Below, piece by piece: positions 1-9,601 of a stretch of DNA of 64,000 nt (position 1 is the stretch's first letter; each line of letters opens with the position of its first letter). The position numbers and the translations under genes were made by a program. The stretch covers positions 480,001 to 544,000 of the forward strand of contig CAVRZA010000011.1 in NCBI GenBank assembly GCA_963725665.1, in the 5' to 3' direction. Origin of the DNA: an uncultured Actinomycetes bacterium. GTDB taxonomy: Bacteria; Actinomycetota; Thermoleophilia; UBA2241. The notes under the pieces are model-generated. The model saw nothing but the letters and a program-made list of their open reading frames with translations. It searched no databases and was not told the origin of the DNA.

Positions 1-898
1 TGTGCCTGGGTGGGTCGTGCAACCAGGAGTAGTGCCACTGCGGCCAGGCCAAGCGGAACGAGTTCATGGCGAAGTACACCGGCTGGGCCAGCATGAAGGC
101 GCTGCTGTAGAGACCCACCTGGACGATGTCGGTGAAGACACGCACGAAGTAGCGGTCCGAGTAGTTGAGCACATAGAACGCGACTGAGCCGAAGAGGCTC
201 GCCGACGCGAAGGCGAGCATCTCCTTGAACAGCCGCCCATCCCAGAAGAGGTGGATGCGGCGCCAGTAGGTCGGTATGGCGACCACGTTGAGCGTGAACG
301 ACGTGACGCAGACCGCGATGAGCACGCCGAGCACGCCCAGGTGGACCACCGTCACGAGCGCGACGGTGAGAGGGATCTGGATGAAGACGCGCACCAGCGT
401 GAACCCCAGGAAGCGCCAGGGCCGATGGTCGAGACGGAAGAGCGTGAACGGCAGGTCGCTCCAGTTCACGAAGAACTCGTTGAGCAGCATCAGCTCGAAG
501 TACACCGTGTAGCCGGGGCCGCCCATGATGACGCCCGAGAGCCAGGGCATGACGAGAGCCAGCGAGCCGAGGAAGAGGAACGGCCAGATGGTACTGACGT
601 AGAACGTCAAGGTGATGATCCGGCTCCGGTGCTTCTCGGCGTGGTCGTCGAAGTAGAAGCGCGCGAAGGTCACGTCCCAGCCCAGCGTGACGAAGACGTC
701 GATGAGCAGGCCGGTGGCCAGCACCATGGCGAGGATGCCGTAGTCGCGCGGCGTGAGGTACTGCGTGTAGATAGGCAGCAGGAAGAGCGCGAGGAACTTC
801 TGGAGGATGCGCCCGCCGCCGTAGATGATGGAGTCGCCGAACAGGCTGGCGACGCCGAACTGCTTGCCGGAGGCGCGGCGCGCGGCGGTGTCCGTCAC
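1..898 (-). CDS. Wzx-like oligosaccharide flippase (polysaccharide exporter), runs off the window edge
   Basis: Not in ORF track. Manual translation from GTG 898: MTDTAARRASGKQFGVASLFGDSIIYGGGRILQKFLALFLLPIYTQYLTPRDYGILAMV, a typical Wzx N-terminus with many hydrophobic segments; AGGAG RBS upstream. Confidence 0.85.
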   Translation of the reverse strand, partial: MTDTAARRASGKQFGVASLFGDSIIYGGGRILQKFLALFLLPIYTQYLTPRDYGILAMVLATGLLIDVFVTLGWDVTFARFYFDDHAEKHRSRIITLTFYVSTIWPFLFLGSLALVMPWLSGVIMGGPGYTVYFELMLLNEFFVNWSDLPFTLFRLDHRPWRFLGFTLVRVFIQIPLTVALVTVVHLGVLGVLIAVCVTSFTLNVVAIPTYWRRIHLFWDGRLFKEMLAFASASLFGSVAFYVLNYSDRYFVRVFTDIVQVGLYSSAFMLAQPVYFAMNSFRLAWPQWHYSWLHDPPRH

Positions 899-1076
899 GT
901 GCTCCTGCTGCCGTGGGACTCGACGGTACTCACAAGCCCTGGATTGTAGCATCGGGGCCCAAGCGGGCCGGTCGGCCGTCTTGTAGTGTCAGCCCCACTG
1001 CGGCCTGGTCGGCCGTCGCGACACGTACGGTGCGGATCTTGCGGCGGCGACGTCCGCCCCGGCCTGTCTGGCGACC

Positions 1077-2225
1077 TCAGCCCGGACGGCGGTACGACTG
1101 CGGCAGCTCTTTGGGGAAGAGGTCGCCGTGGGCGATCTCGGCGGCGAGCTCTTCGGCCGCCAGTGGAGATGAGCCGCGGCGGCGTGCCCGCGCCATGACC
1201 TCACCTACACGCAGACCGGCCGTGTGCTGCTCGATCACGGGCGCGGGGACCAGCTCTCCGATGGTGCGCGCGGTGTGGCCGCCTCCCGGGTCTGACTCGG
1301 GGAAGACTCGCAACCCAGCATCCTCGAGGCCGCGTCGGTCGACCCTTCCGTTGTACACGACGACGGCGAGATGCGGGGCGAGCGCCGCCAGCTCGGCGGC
1401 CGAGATGACGGCGCTCGCCCCGACGAGCTCCGTCTCCGGCTGGGCCGTGAAGGTCAGCAGCGCGTCGAGCTCCGGCAGAAGGCGCCGCACCTCCGTGTCG
1501 CCCAGGCCGTCACCGACCTTCTCGGCGCCGCAGAGCGACACCCGGCCGGGTCCGTCGGGGCCGGCGACGAGCACGCGAGCGCCCATCTGGGCCAACACGC
1601 GCGCGACCTTGGGATAGACGATGCCGTCGGCGGCGAAGAGCAGGGTCGATCCGATGATCTCGACGCCCAAGCTGAGCAGGAACCAGGCGACGCGCAGCGC
1701 CGTGTAGCGGAAGAGGTCGATGCCGTCCTCGTCGACGCCGGCGATGGCGATACCGGTGCGCCGGCAGCCGACCGCGTCGACCTCCGTGGGCCGCCAGTCG
1801 GCCACGGCGAACATCAGGCTGACGACGGCCGTCTCGGGCAGCGAGCGGATCACGCTCTCGTCGATCGGCCGCACGCCGGCCAGGTTGGTGACGACGTCGA
1901 CCGTGGCCAGCGGCGCCTGAAGCTTGCTGCCGACGAAGCTCACCCGGTCCTGCACGCCGGCGAGGCGCGCCAGGTAGGCCGTCTGCTCTTGCGCCTCCTC
2001 GCGCGTGCCGAAATCGCTATCGCGCGCGACGGCGACCACGGCGGCGCCTGCCAGCGCCGCCACCGTCGCCGTCGCGCGGTAGTAGCCGGTGGCCGCCTCG
2101 GTGAGTACCGTCATGCCCTGCAGGTCGAGCTCATGGCGGGCGATGGCGCGCTCGGCCAGACGCACGACGTAAAGGCCGGGAAAGCGCCCGTCGCAGGCGA
2201 AGCGGCTGTCGCTGACGATGACCAT
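1077..2225 (-). CDS. Hypothetical protein, possibly Rossmann-like, upstream of the flippase
   Basis: 382 aa ORF with normal amino-acid composition; LTEAATG and VVTNLAGVRPID segments; TATACT -10 near 2270. Confidence 0.6.
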   Translation of the reverse strand: MVIVSDSRFACDGRFPGLYVVRLAERAIARHELDLQGMTVLTEAATGYYRATATVAALAGAAVVAVARDSDFGTREEAQEQTAYLARLAGVQDRVSFVGSKLQAPLATVDVVTNLAGVRPIDESVIRSLPETAVVSLMFAVADWRPTEVDAVGCRRTGIAIAGVDEDGIDLFRYTALRVAWFLLSLGVEIIGSTLLFAADGIVYPKVARVLAQMGARVLVAGPDGPGRVSLCGAEKVGDGLGDTEVRRLLPELDALLTFTAQPETELVGASAVISAAELAALAPHLAVVVYNGRVDRRGLEDAGLRVFPESDPGGGHTARTIGELVPAPVIEQHTAGLRVGEVMARARRRGSSPLAAEELAAEIAHGDLFPKELPQSYRRPG

Positions 2226-2530
2226 GGTCGCCGGACCGGCGGCGAGAGACGTCGCCCGTCAGAGCGCAGTATACCTGCATTCCACGGGCCCCCAGCTGCG
2301 GCGCCTACCGCTCAGAGCCGTTGGCGGACGGCGCTCGCCGCAGCCAAGCGGCGCGACTTGGAGCCGTGGCCCACCCGCATCGGAGCCGCCGCCCACCCGC
2401 CTCCCACTATGTTCTTCGTTCCCTATTCGTGCGGTATCATGGCTCTTCGCGACGAAGCAGGCTAATCCGCCGGGGCCCGTCCGTGAACGGGCGAGCGAGT
2501 GGCGCACCCGGCGTGGAGGGAGCGATCTCT

Positions 2531-3301
2531 GTGACCATCCGCCTCCTAGGATTGAACTTCAGCCCACGTTCGGGGAGCAACAGCGGTCTGCTGTTGCGGC
2601 GTTCATTGGAACGCCTCGGTGAAGCGTACCCGGGTGAGGTCGAGCACGAGGTCATCGATCTGCGCGACCTGCAGATCCTGCCGTGCAAGGCGTGCGACGT
2701 GTGCGGCAAGACGAAGGACGGGCGCTACATCGACTGCGTGCGTGTGCACGAGGACGACGCGCAGGGCGTCCTCGACGCCATGGTGGCGGCCGACGGCCTC
2801 CTCATCGGTACCCCCGTCTACTTCGGTCTGCCCTCGGACCTGTTCTCGAGGTTCATCATGCGCACGCGTCCGCTGCGGCATCAGGACTTTAGGCTCGCCA
2901 ATCGCCCGGTCGGAGTCATGGCCATCGCCGGACGCCGCTCGGGCGGCGCCGAGACGACCATCATGTCGGCTTGGCTGCCGTTCATCCGCAACGGCTGTCT
3001 CATCGTCGGCAACGGCGACGCCACGTGCCAGTTCGGCGCCATGGGCTGGGCCGGCAAGAGAGGCGACATCCTGACCGACGAGTGGGGCATGGAGCAGGGC
3101 TTCCAGGTGGCCGAGAGGGTGTTCACCGTGGCCAAGCTGATCCGGGCCGGCACGGACACGCTGGACTACGTTAACCTCATGCGCTTCTCCTACGAATCGG
3201 GCATGCGGCAGGTCCCGCCGGCAGCTGCGCCGGCGCCGCCCGCGGCCGAGGGTCGACGAGCCGACGTGCAGACATCCGACCTGATGGAGGACGCGCCATG
3301 A
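2531..3301 (+). CDS. Iron-sulfur flavoprotein / NADPH-dependent FMN reductase family
   Basis: GTG 2531 after GGAGG; FSPRSGSNS, CKACDVC...C, GTPVYFG and GRRSGGAE motifs. Confidence 0.85.
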   Translation: MTIRLLGLNFSPRSGSNSGLLLRRSLERLGEAYPGEVEHEVIDLRDLQILPCKACDVCGKTKDGRYIDCVRVHEDDAQGVLDAMVAADGLLIGTPVYFGLPSDLFSRFIMRTRPLRHQDFRLANRPVGVMAIAGRRSGGAETTIMSAWLPFIRNGCLIVGNGDATCQFGAMGWAGKRGDILTDEWGMEQGFQVAERVFTVAKLIRAGTDTLDYVNLMRFSYESGMRQVPPAAAPAPPAAEGRRADVQTSDLMEDAP

Positions 3302-3549
3302 GCGATGCCGACGTGATCCTGGAGTTCATCCGTGACGAGCTGCTCGAAGACGACGTCGACATCGACGATGACACGTCCCTCTTTCGTGACCAGCTCCTCG
3401 ACTCGATGAACCTGACGTCGCTGATCGTCTTTCTCGAGCAGACCTTCGCTATCAAGATCAAGGCCATGGACATCGTGTACGAGAACCTCGACACGGTCGG
3501 GCACATGCTGGCCTTCATCGACCGTAAGCGGGCTGCGCAGCCCGCCTGA
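3298..3549 (+). CDS. Acyl/aminoacyl carrier protein (DltC-like)
   Basis: 83 aa, acidic, LLDSM phosphopantetheine site, ENLDTV tail; ATGA overlap with the upstream gene. Confidence 0.9.
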   Translation: MSDADVILEFIRDELLEDDVDIDDDTSLFRDQLLDSMNLTSLIVFLEQTFAIKIKAMDIVYENLDTVGHMLAFIDRKRAAQPA

Positions 3550-3589
3550 CGAAGGCCGGCGCGTGGGCGGGCGACGAAGAAGGTAGAAG

Positions 3590-3826
3590 ATGACCGAGAC
3601 GCTTGATCGGACGACCGCCGCGGCGCCCTCTGTTGCTATGCCCGCCGACGGGCAGGCGGCGCGCGCCGTCGACGACGTCGTCGAGCACGCGCGCCGCCTG
3701 CCGTCGGGCTGGTATGTGCTCGGGCTTGCCGTCCAGGTGTTCCTCTGGTTCCTGGTGTTCCTCGGTATCGCCGTGGCGATCGGCGTCGGCGGCCACCTGA
3801 CGGAGTTCCGCTACGTTGGTTTCTGA
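3590..3826 (+). CDS. DltX-like single-pass membrane peptide
   Basis: One TM helix followed by C-terminal FRYVGF (F-x-Y-x-x-F); lies between carrier protein and ligase. Confidence 0.75.
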   Translation: MTETLDRTTAAAPSVAMPADGQAARAVDDVVEHARRLPSGWYVLGLAVQVFLWFLVFLGIAVAIGVGGHLTEFRYVGF

Positions 3827-5345
3827 GACGGGGGTGGAGACGACCGGAGCCCTCCGGCGCCTCCTGGTCGTGGCGCGTGAGGAACCCGGGCGCACGCTGC
3901 TCGTCAGTGACGAGTCGCGCTACACCTTCTCCTCCTTTGTTGGCCAGGCGGCCGCCGTCGTGACGCGCCTGCGCTGCAACGGCTTCGCCCGCGGCGACCG
4001 TGTGGCCCTGTACTTCGACGACTACGACGCCTTCTTCATCTCGATGGTCGGGGTATGGCTCGCCGGCGGGGTCGTCGTGCCTCTCAACACCACGCTCCCG
4101 TCTGACAGTGTCGAGGAGCTGGTCGCCAAGGCCAGTCCGGCCTTCCTGCTCACGACTCCGGCGGCGGACCCCCTGCCTTCGCTTGCTGCCGCTCGTCCGC
4201 GGCGGCTCGTCGTCGATCCGGCCATAGTGGCGCGGGACGGGTTGCCGACCGTCGCGGCGGCGTCGTTCACTCCCGTCGCTCCGTCGGAGCTCGCCGTCAT
4301 CATGTTCACGTCGGGCTCGACGGGAGTCCCGAAGGGCGTCATGCAGACCCTCGAGGGCGTGCTGGGCAACGCCGAGAGGGTCGCGCGTGAGCTCGAGCTC
4401 ACGGCGGACGATCGCATCTTCATCAACACGCCGCCGTATTTCACCAGCGGAATCTGCCACTTCCTCACTCTGTTGAGCGCCGGCGGCTCGCTCGTCGGAC
4501 GGCAGGGGTTCCGCTTCGGCGGCGGTCTGCTCACCGAGATGGAAGAGGCGGGCTGCACCGGGTTCGGGGGCGCTCCGGCGCACCTGGTGCGCGTCGTGGA
4601 TCCCCTGGAGGAGCCGGTCGAACCCGAGCTGCTGCGCTTCTGGGTGAGCTCGGGCGACCATCTGCCGGTGGCCACCATCGACAGGATGCGTGAGATGCTG
4701 CCCGGCGTTGCGCTGTACAACATGTACGGGCTGACCGAGGTGTCGGGGCGGCTGTGCATCCTGCCTCCGGCCGAGGTCGACCGCAGGCGCGACTCCGTGG
4801 GCCGGCCGATCGAGGGCATGCGCGCGAGCGCGCGGCGCGACGACGGCTCGCCGGCCTCGCCGGGCGAGGCCGGCGAGCTCTACGTCGAGGGCGACCTTCT
4901 GATGCAGGGCTACCTCGACGAGCCGCTGCTCACCGAAGAGGCTCTCACCGGTTGCGGCTTCCGCACCGGCGACGTCGGCCACGTCGATGACGACGGCTAC
5001 GTTTGGGTCACCGGGCGCAAGGACGACATCTTCAAGCGCGGCGGCGAGAAGGTCTCGGCCGTACACATCCAGCAGGCGATCGCGGCGACCGGCACCGTCG
5101 TCGACGCCGTCGTGCTGGCCCTCGACGACGAGCTTCTCGGCAAGGTGCCCGTCGCCTTCGTGGTGCCGGTCGCCCCGGAGTCGTTCACCGTGCGCGGGCT
5201 GATGAAGGAGCTCAAGAGACGGGTCCAACCGGCCTGGCTTCCGGCCCGCGTGGTCGTGCTCGCTGAGATCCCGCGGACGGGATCGGGTAAGGCCGTGCGC
5301 GCCAGGCTCCTGGAGCACGCAGAAGCGGCGGGGCCGCAGCGGTGA
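3816..5345 (+). CDS. Class I adenylate-forming enzyme (acyl--carrier protein/CoA ligase)
   Basis: FTSGSTGVPKG, YGLTE, FRTGD and PRTGSGK motifs. Confidence 0.9.
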   Translation: MVSETGVETTGALRRLLVVAREEPGRTLLVSDESRYTFSSFVGQAAAVVTRLRCNGFARGDRVALYFDDYDAFFISMVGVWLAGGVVVPLNTTLPSDSVEELVAKASPAFLLTTPAADPLPSLAAARPRRLVVDPAIVARDGLPTVAAASFTPVAPSELAVIMFTSGSTGVPKGVMQTLEGVLGNAERVARELELTADDRIFINTPPYFTSGICHFLTLLSAGGSLVGRQGFRFGGGLLTEMEEAGCTGFGGAPAHLVRVVDPLEEPVEPELLRFWVSSGDHLPVATIDRMREMLPGVALYNMYGLTEVSGRLCILPPAEVDRRRDSVGRPIEGMRASARRDDGSPASPGEAGELYVEGDLLMQGYLDEPLLTEEALTGCGFRTGDVGHVDDDGYVWVTGRKDDIFKRGGEKVSAVHIQQAIAATGTVVDAVVLALDDELLGKVPVAFVVPVAPESFTVRGLMKELKRRVQPAWLPARVVVLAEIPRTGSGKAVRARLLEHAEAAGPQR

Positions 5346-6625
5346 GGATCTACTTCACGCTCTACATCATCCCCGTGGTCGCCGTTGCGCTGCTGCTCTA
5401 CTGGGGCCCGTTGCGGGGCGAGAGGAGACGTCTGGCGCTCATCATCGTCACCTCGTTCGCCGTACTGGCGCTGCTGCACCCCGTCTTCGTGGTCGTCGTG
5501 CTCGGCCTGGCCTTCTTCACGCACCGCCTCGTGGAGTGGCGCAAGAACGGACGGCTGTCCGTGGGCCAGGTGCTCGTCATGGCGATCTCGCTGGCCGTCG
5601 TGGTGCTCGGCGTAGGCAAGTACGGACACGCGGGGGCACAGGCGCTCTGGGGCCAGAACGACTGGGTGGCACAGCACCTGCTGATGCCCCTGGGGATCAG
5701 CTACTTCGTCTTTCGTCTCCTGCAGTACGTCTTCGACCAGGTCCGCGGGGTCATCACCGAGAACTCCTTCTTCAAGCTGCTGGCCTTCCTGCTCTGGCTT
5801 CCGACCTTCCCCGCCGGTCCGCTCGAGACCTACCAGGGGTTCTACGGCAAGCGCAGCCTCTCGCCCGACCGAGAGCTGGTCTACGCGAGCATCAGGCGCA
5901 TCGTCTTGGGGTACTTCAAGAAGGCCTTCGTGATCGATCTCCTCTTCCCGATCATGTTCGGGAACCTCACGACGACCGTGCTGGCGCGCAACTACGCGCC
6001 GTCGTCCGAGCCGCCCCTGACGTCACTGGCCTTCGTGATCGTGATGTTCCTGCGCGCGTACCTCGACCTCTCTGCCTACACCGACCTCGCCATCGGTTTC
6101 TCGGGACTCTTCGGCTTCCGCATCATGGAGAACTTCCATCGGCCGCTGGTGCAGAAGAACCTCTCGGAGTTCTGGCAGAGCTACCACATCAGCCTGTCGA
6201 CCTGGTGCCGCAACAACGTGTACTTTCCCGTCTTCGGCCTCACCCGCAAGGCGTGGGTCGGGCTCTACGCCTCGATGCTGACCATGGGTCTCTGGCACTA
6301 CGTGAACCTGAACTGGACGTTCTGGGCGCTCTGGCACGCCTCGGGGCTCGTCGTGGTGTCGCGCTGGAAGCAGTACCAGAGGAGCCGGCGCAAGGCGAAG
6401 AAGCGGGCGCTGGCGGTCCCCGAGACGGCGCCGGTGAGCGTCGGCTCCTACCTGTTTGCACTCCCGGCGAGCAAGAAGATGGTGTTCTGGTGGCCCTACG
6501 TGGTCACCTTCCTCTACGTCTCGGTCGGGTACTCGTTCGCGGCGACCCATACGTTTGGCAAGGCCGTCACCGTCTTTGCGTGGTGCTTCTACGGACCGGC
6601 GCTGTGGCTCTTCCACCTCATCTAG
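5342..6625 (+). CDS. MBOAT family O-acyltransferase (DltB/AlgI-like)
   Basis: PLGISY, AGP, DLSAYTDLAIG, ENF, FWQSYHISLSTW and GLWH (catalytic His). Confidence 0.93.
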   Translation: MRIYFTLYIIPVVAVALLLYWGPLRGERRRLALIIVTSFAVLALLHPVFVVVVLGLAFFTHRLVEWRKNGRLSVGQVLVMAISLAVVVLGVGKYGHAGAQALWGQNDWVAQHLLMPLGISYFVFRLLQYVFDQVRGVITENSFFKLLAFLLWLPTFPAGPLETYQGFYGKRSLSPDRELVYASIRRIVLGYFKKAFVIDLLFPIMFGNLTTTVLARNYAPSSEPPLTSLAFVIVMFLRAYLDLSAYTDLAIGFSGLFGFRIMENFHRPLVQKNLSEFWQSYHISLSTWCRNNVYFPVFGLTRKAWVGLYASMLTMGLWHYVNLNWTFWALWHASGLVVVSRWKQYQRSRRKAKKRALAVPETAPVSVGSYLFALPASKKMVFWWPYVVTFLYVSVGYSFAATHTFGKAVTVFAWCFYGPALWLFHLI

Positions 6626-6659
6626 GGCCTTGTCGGCGCACCGGCGCAGGGGTCAGCCC

Positions 6660-7754
6660 GTGAGCCGTCCCCGCCGAGCCGCCTTCAGGCGCGGACTGGT
6701 CTCCCTGCACCCACTGGTGCTGGTCGCGGCGCTGGCCATGCTCGTCCCTGCTCTCGGCGGGCTGCAATACGTCGTGACGGGCGGTCTCTACACCTCTCTG
6801 CCACTCGGTGTGCTCCTGCGCATGCCGCGCGATGACTACGTGAAGGCGTCCTACGATGCCACCATGCTCAAGCTGCACCCGCCCCGGGTCCCCGCGATCT
6901 ACGTCTTCGGCGGCTCCGCCGCACGAGAGGCGTTCACAAGCGATCGGGACCTCGAGGGGGAGATCGCCGCCGCCGGTGGTGGCCAGACGAACTTCAACGT
7001 GCTCGCGTCGAGCAACCAGACCTTCGCTGAGAGCCTCGCCGTGATCGACAATCTGCCGCCGTCGAGACGGGCGATCTGCGTCATCACCCTGAACCAGGTG
7101 CGCTTCGCCTACGATCCCGGCGTGGTCGAGGAGCAGCTGGCGGGCAAGCCCCTGCTGCTCGACAGTCCGAGTCTGCGCCGCTACGTGTTCGCGCGCTACC
7201 ACCGTGGGTTGACGACGCCTACGATCCTGCCGGGGATCCTGGACTTCATCAGCGGCTGGTTCGAGAAGCATCACGGCCAGTTGCTGCGCGGTCACCTGCC
7301 ACGGCTGCAGTACGTCCTTCACCGCTACCATCAGGGACACCAGGTGTCCGATCAGAGAAAGCGCGCCATGGTCGCCAAGTGGCTGCGGGACAAGGGTGGA
7401 CCCGGAGGGACCTTCGATCGGGACTTCCGCTACAACCTCGATCTGCTCGACGAGGCGGTCAAGGCGGCGCAGGCGAAGGGATTCACGGTGGTGTTGCTGG
7501 AGGTGCCGCTGAACCGGGACATCGTGGGCCACGCGTTCGACCGGGTGCAGGGGGTCTACCGTCCGGCCGTCGAGCAGCTCGCTCGTCGGCGCGGCGCCGG
7601 GTACTTGCGGGCGTTCTCAGAGAAGGGTCTGGTGAACCAGGACTTCCGCGACCTGTCCCACCTCGTCGAGTCCGGTCGCGCCAAGTACGATGCGGCCTTC
7701 GTGCGCGCCGTCGTGCCGTTGCTGCAACGCTTGCAGACGCAGCCCGCCGGCTGA
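6660..7754 (+). CDS. DltD/SGNH-like extracytoplasmic acyltransferase
   Basis: N-terminal TM anchor, VFGGS and DLSH (Ser...Asp-x-x-His) motifs; follows the MBOAT. Confidence 0.7.
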   Translation: MSRPRRAAFRRGLVSLHPLVLVAALAMLVPALGGLQYVVTGGLYTSLPLGVLLRMPRDDYVKASYDATMLKLHPPRVPAIYVFGGSAAREAFTSDRDLEGEIAAAGGGQTNFNVLASSNQTFAESLAVIDNLPPSRRAICVITLNQVRFAYDPGVVEEQLAGKPLLLDSPSLRRYVFARYHRGLTTPTILPGILDFISGWFEKHHGQLLRGHLPRLQYVLHRYHQGHQVSDQRKRAMVAKWLRDKGGPGGTFDRDFRYNLDLLDEAVKAAQAKGFTVVLLEVPLNRDIVGHAFDRVQGVYRPAVEQLARRRGAGYLRAFSEKGLVNQDFRDLSHLVESGRAKYDAAFVRAVVPLLQRLQTQPAG

Positions 7755-7880
7755 CGCGGCGGCTCGCCTCGCGCGCAGTCGCGCAGGGGGCGCCTGCGAG
7801 CCCCCGGGCCGCCGCGGGCCACTCACTCAGCGAGCCGGGCGGTGCTTCCTCCACAGACCGAGGAGGGCGTCGCAGATGCC

Positions 7881-8624
7881 TCAGCCGGTCCCGGGGGTGT
7901 ACGCCGGCGGAGCCAGGAAGGCATCGATGCGGCGCGCCAGCGAGCGTTCGTCGACCTCCAGCGCCTCGCCGTTGGGCACCCTCATCTCATGGAGGGCCTC
8001 GATGCCTCGTCCCTCGAGGAAAGCGCGCACGAGGCGTATCGATCCGCCGTGGGTGACGAGGAGGGCGACGCGGCGCGTCAGCGCCGCGTCGCGCAGCGCC
8101 TCGAGCACGCGGCGCTGTTGCGCGGCGAAGCTCTCACCGCCGGGGAAGGTGAAGGTCTCGGGGTGCTCCTTGTAGGCCCGCCAGCCCTCGGCGTCCTCGC
8201 GCATGATGTCGGCGAAGGCGCGCGACTCCCACGCCCCGCGGTCCGTCTCCGCCAGACGCTCATCGATGCGTAGCTCGATGCGGGGTGCCGGGGACCGCGC
8301 AGGCTTGCCACCGACCCTGGCGGAGTCGGCTGACGGCTGGGCCGCCTCGTCCTGTCGGTCCGCCGCGCGCTCGAGCTCGTCGCGCATGAGCTCGGCCGTC
8401 TCGCGGGCGCGTGAGAGGTGGCTCGTCACGATCAGCTCGATGCCGCGTCCGGCGAGCCGCCGGCCGAGCTCGTGCGCCTGCTCTCGCCCGCGCTCGTTGA
8501 GCGGCACGTCGGTCCAGCCCTGGCAGCGCACCGGCTCCAGGTTCCAGTCGGTCTCACCGTGACGCACAAGGTACACGACCGGCCTATCGGTCCGTGGTGT
8601 CTGTGCTCGAGTCTCCGCGCTCAC
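7881..8624 (-). CDS. Histidine phosphatase (phosphoglycerate mutase family)
   Basis: RHGETDWN, PGGES and VTHGG motifs. Confidence 0.9.
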   Translation of the reverse strand: MSAETRAQTPRTDRPVVYLVRHGETDWNLEPVRCQGWTDVPLNERGREQAHELGRRLAGRGIELIVTSHLSRARETAELMRDELERAADRQDEAAQPSADSARVGGKPARSPAPRIELRIDERLAETDRGAWESRAFADIMREDAEGWRAYKEHPETFTFPGGESFAAQQRRVLEALRDAALTRRVALLVTHGGSIRLVRAFLEGRGIEALHEMRVPNGEALEVDERSLARRIDAFLAPPAYTPGTG

Positions 8625-8636
8625 GTCGCCCTGTTG

Positions 8637-9590
8637 TCAGGCATCCGGCGCGGGTAGCAGCGCGTGCAGGTTGCGGGCGATGATCGGGGGCGCGTAGTCG
8701 AGGCCACAAGCGGCGAGCTTCGCCCGCGTCTCGGGCGCCAGCGACGACGGCTCCGAAGCGGCCAGGATCGCCCCGCTCTCCGTCTCGTCGAAGAGCTGCG
8801 GCGGCTCGACGCGCAGGGTCACGGGCGCGTTCTCGGGGCAGACCTGCTGGCAACGCAGGCAGCCGACGGCGCAGGTGTGCCAGGCGGCGTCGACCCACTC
8901 GGGAAACGGCTCTTCGCTCTCGTTGACCGCGGTGAGGCAGCGATCGGCGTGAAGGACGAAGCGGTCGCTGGGGACGGCGCCGGTCGGACAGGCGTGCAGG
9001 CACGCCGTGCACCCGCCGCAGCGGCTCAGGCGCTGCGCCTCGAGGAAGACGGCGTCACAGGGGGGCGGCGCGTCGGTCACGCAGGCGGCGAGCTGCACGT
9101 AGCTGCCTAGGCCTTCCACGTAGGCGATGTTGTTGATGCCGTAGCGGGCCAGGCCCGCGGCCACGGCCACCGTCTTGAGCGGGACGCGGGCCTCCGCGGC
9201 GCGGCGGTCGTGATCGGCGAGAGCACCGGCGACGATGGCCGCGAAGCGCCGCGGCATCTCGTAGTAGCCGGCGTAGTGTGGTGGCACTACGAAGGTGTGC
9301 GCCGTCCCGTCCACGATCAGAGTGGCCTGGGTCACCGGGCGGGCGAGCGCTCCGACGACCACCGAGCGGGGCAGCGGCACGTCGCCGGGCAACTCGACGC
9401 GCACCGCCCTGGTGAGGTCGGCGGCGAACGTGGCCGGCAGGTCGGTCGCCTCGATGGCATGGGCGACGCGCGTGCCCGCGGGAATGAGGCGCTCGACGGC
9501 CACGGCTCGCCAGCGCCAGCCGTGGCCGTCGAGCGCCTCAGCGACCGCGTGCCACAGGTCGTCCGTGGGCTGCTGCCCCGCAGACACCAC
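8637..9590 (-). CDS. QueG-like 4Fe-4S double-cluster protein
   Basis: AGLARYGINN, CGGCTACLHACP and CxxCxxCxxxCP (CAVGCLRCQQVCP); start approximate. Confidence 0.8.
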   Translation of the reverse strand: MVSAGQQPTDDLWHAVAEALDGHGWRWRAVAVERLIPAGTRVAHAIEATDLPATFAADLTRAVRVELPGDVPLPRSVVVGALARPVTQATLIVDGTAHTFVVPPHYAGYYEMPRRFAAIVAGALADHDRRAAEARVPLKTVAVAAGLARYGINNIAYVEGLGSYVQLAACVTDAPPPCDAVFLEAQRLSRCGGCTACLHACPTGAVPSDRFVLHADRCLTAVNESEEPFPEWVDAAWHTCAVGCLRCQQVCPENAPVTLRVEPPQLFDETESGAILAASEPSSLAPETRAKLAACGLDYAPPIIARNLHALLPAPDA

Positions 9591-9601
9591 GCGGGACCCC
9601 C

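Noticed and set aside
8637-9590. Bona fide queG or reductive dehalogenase
   Set aside because: Only the Fe-S region is recognisable; no que genes, Tat signal or anchor gene nearby
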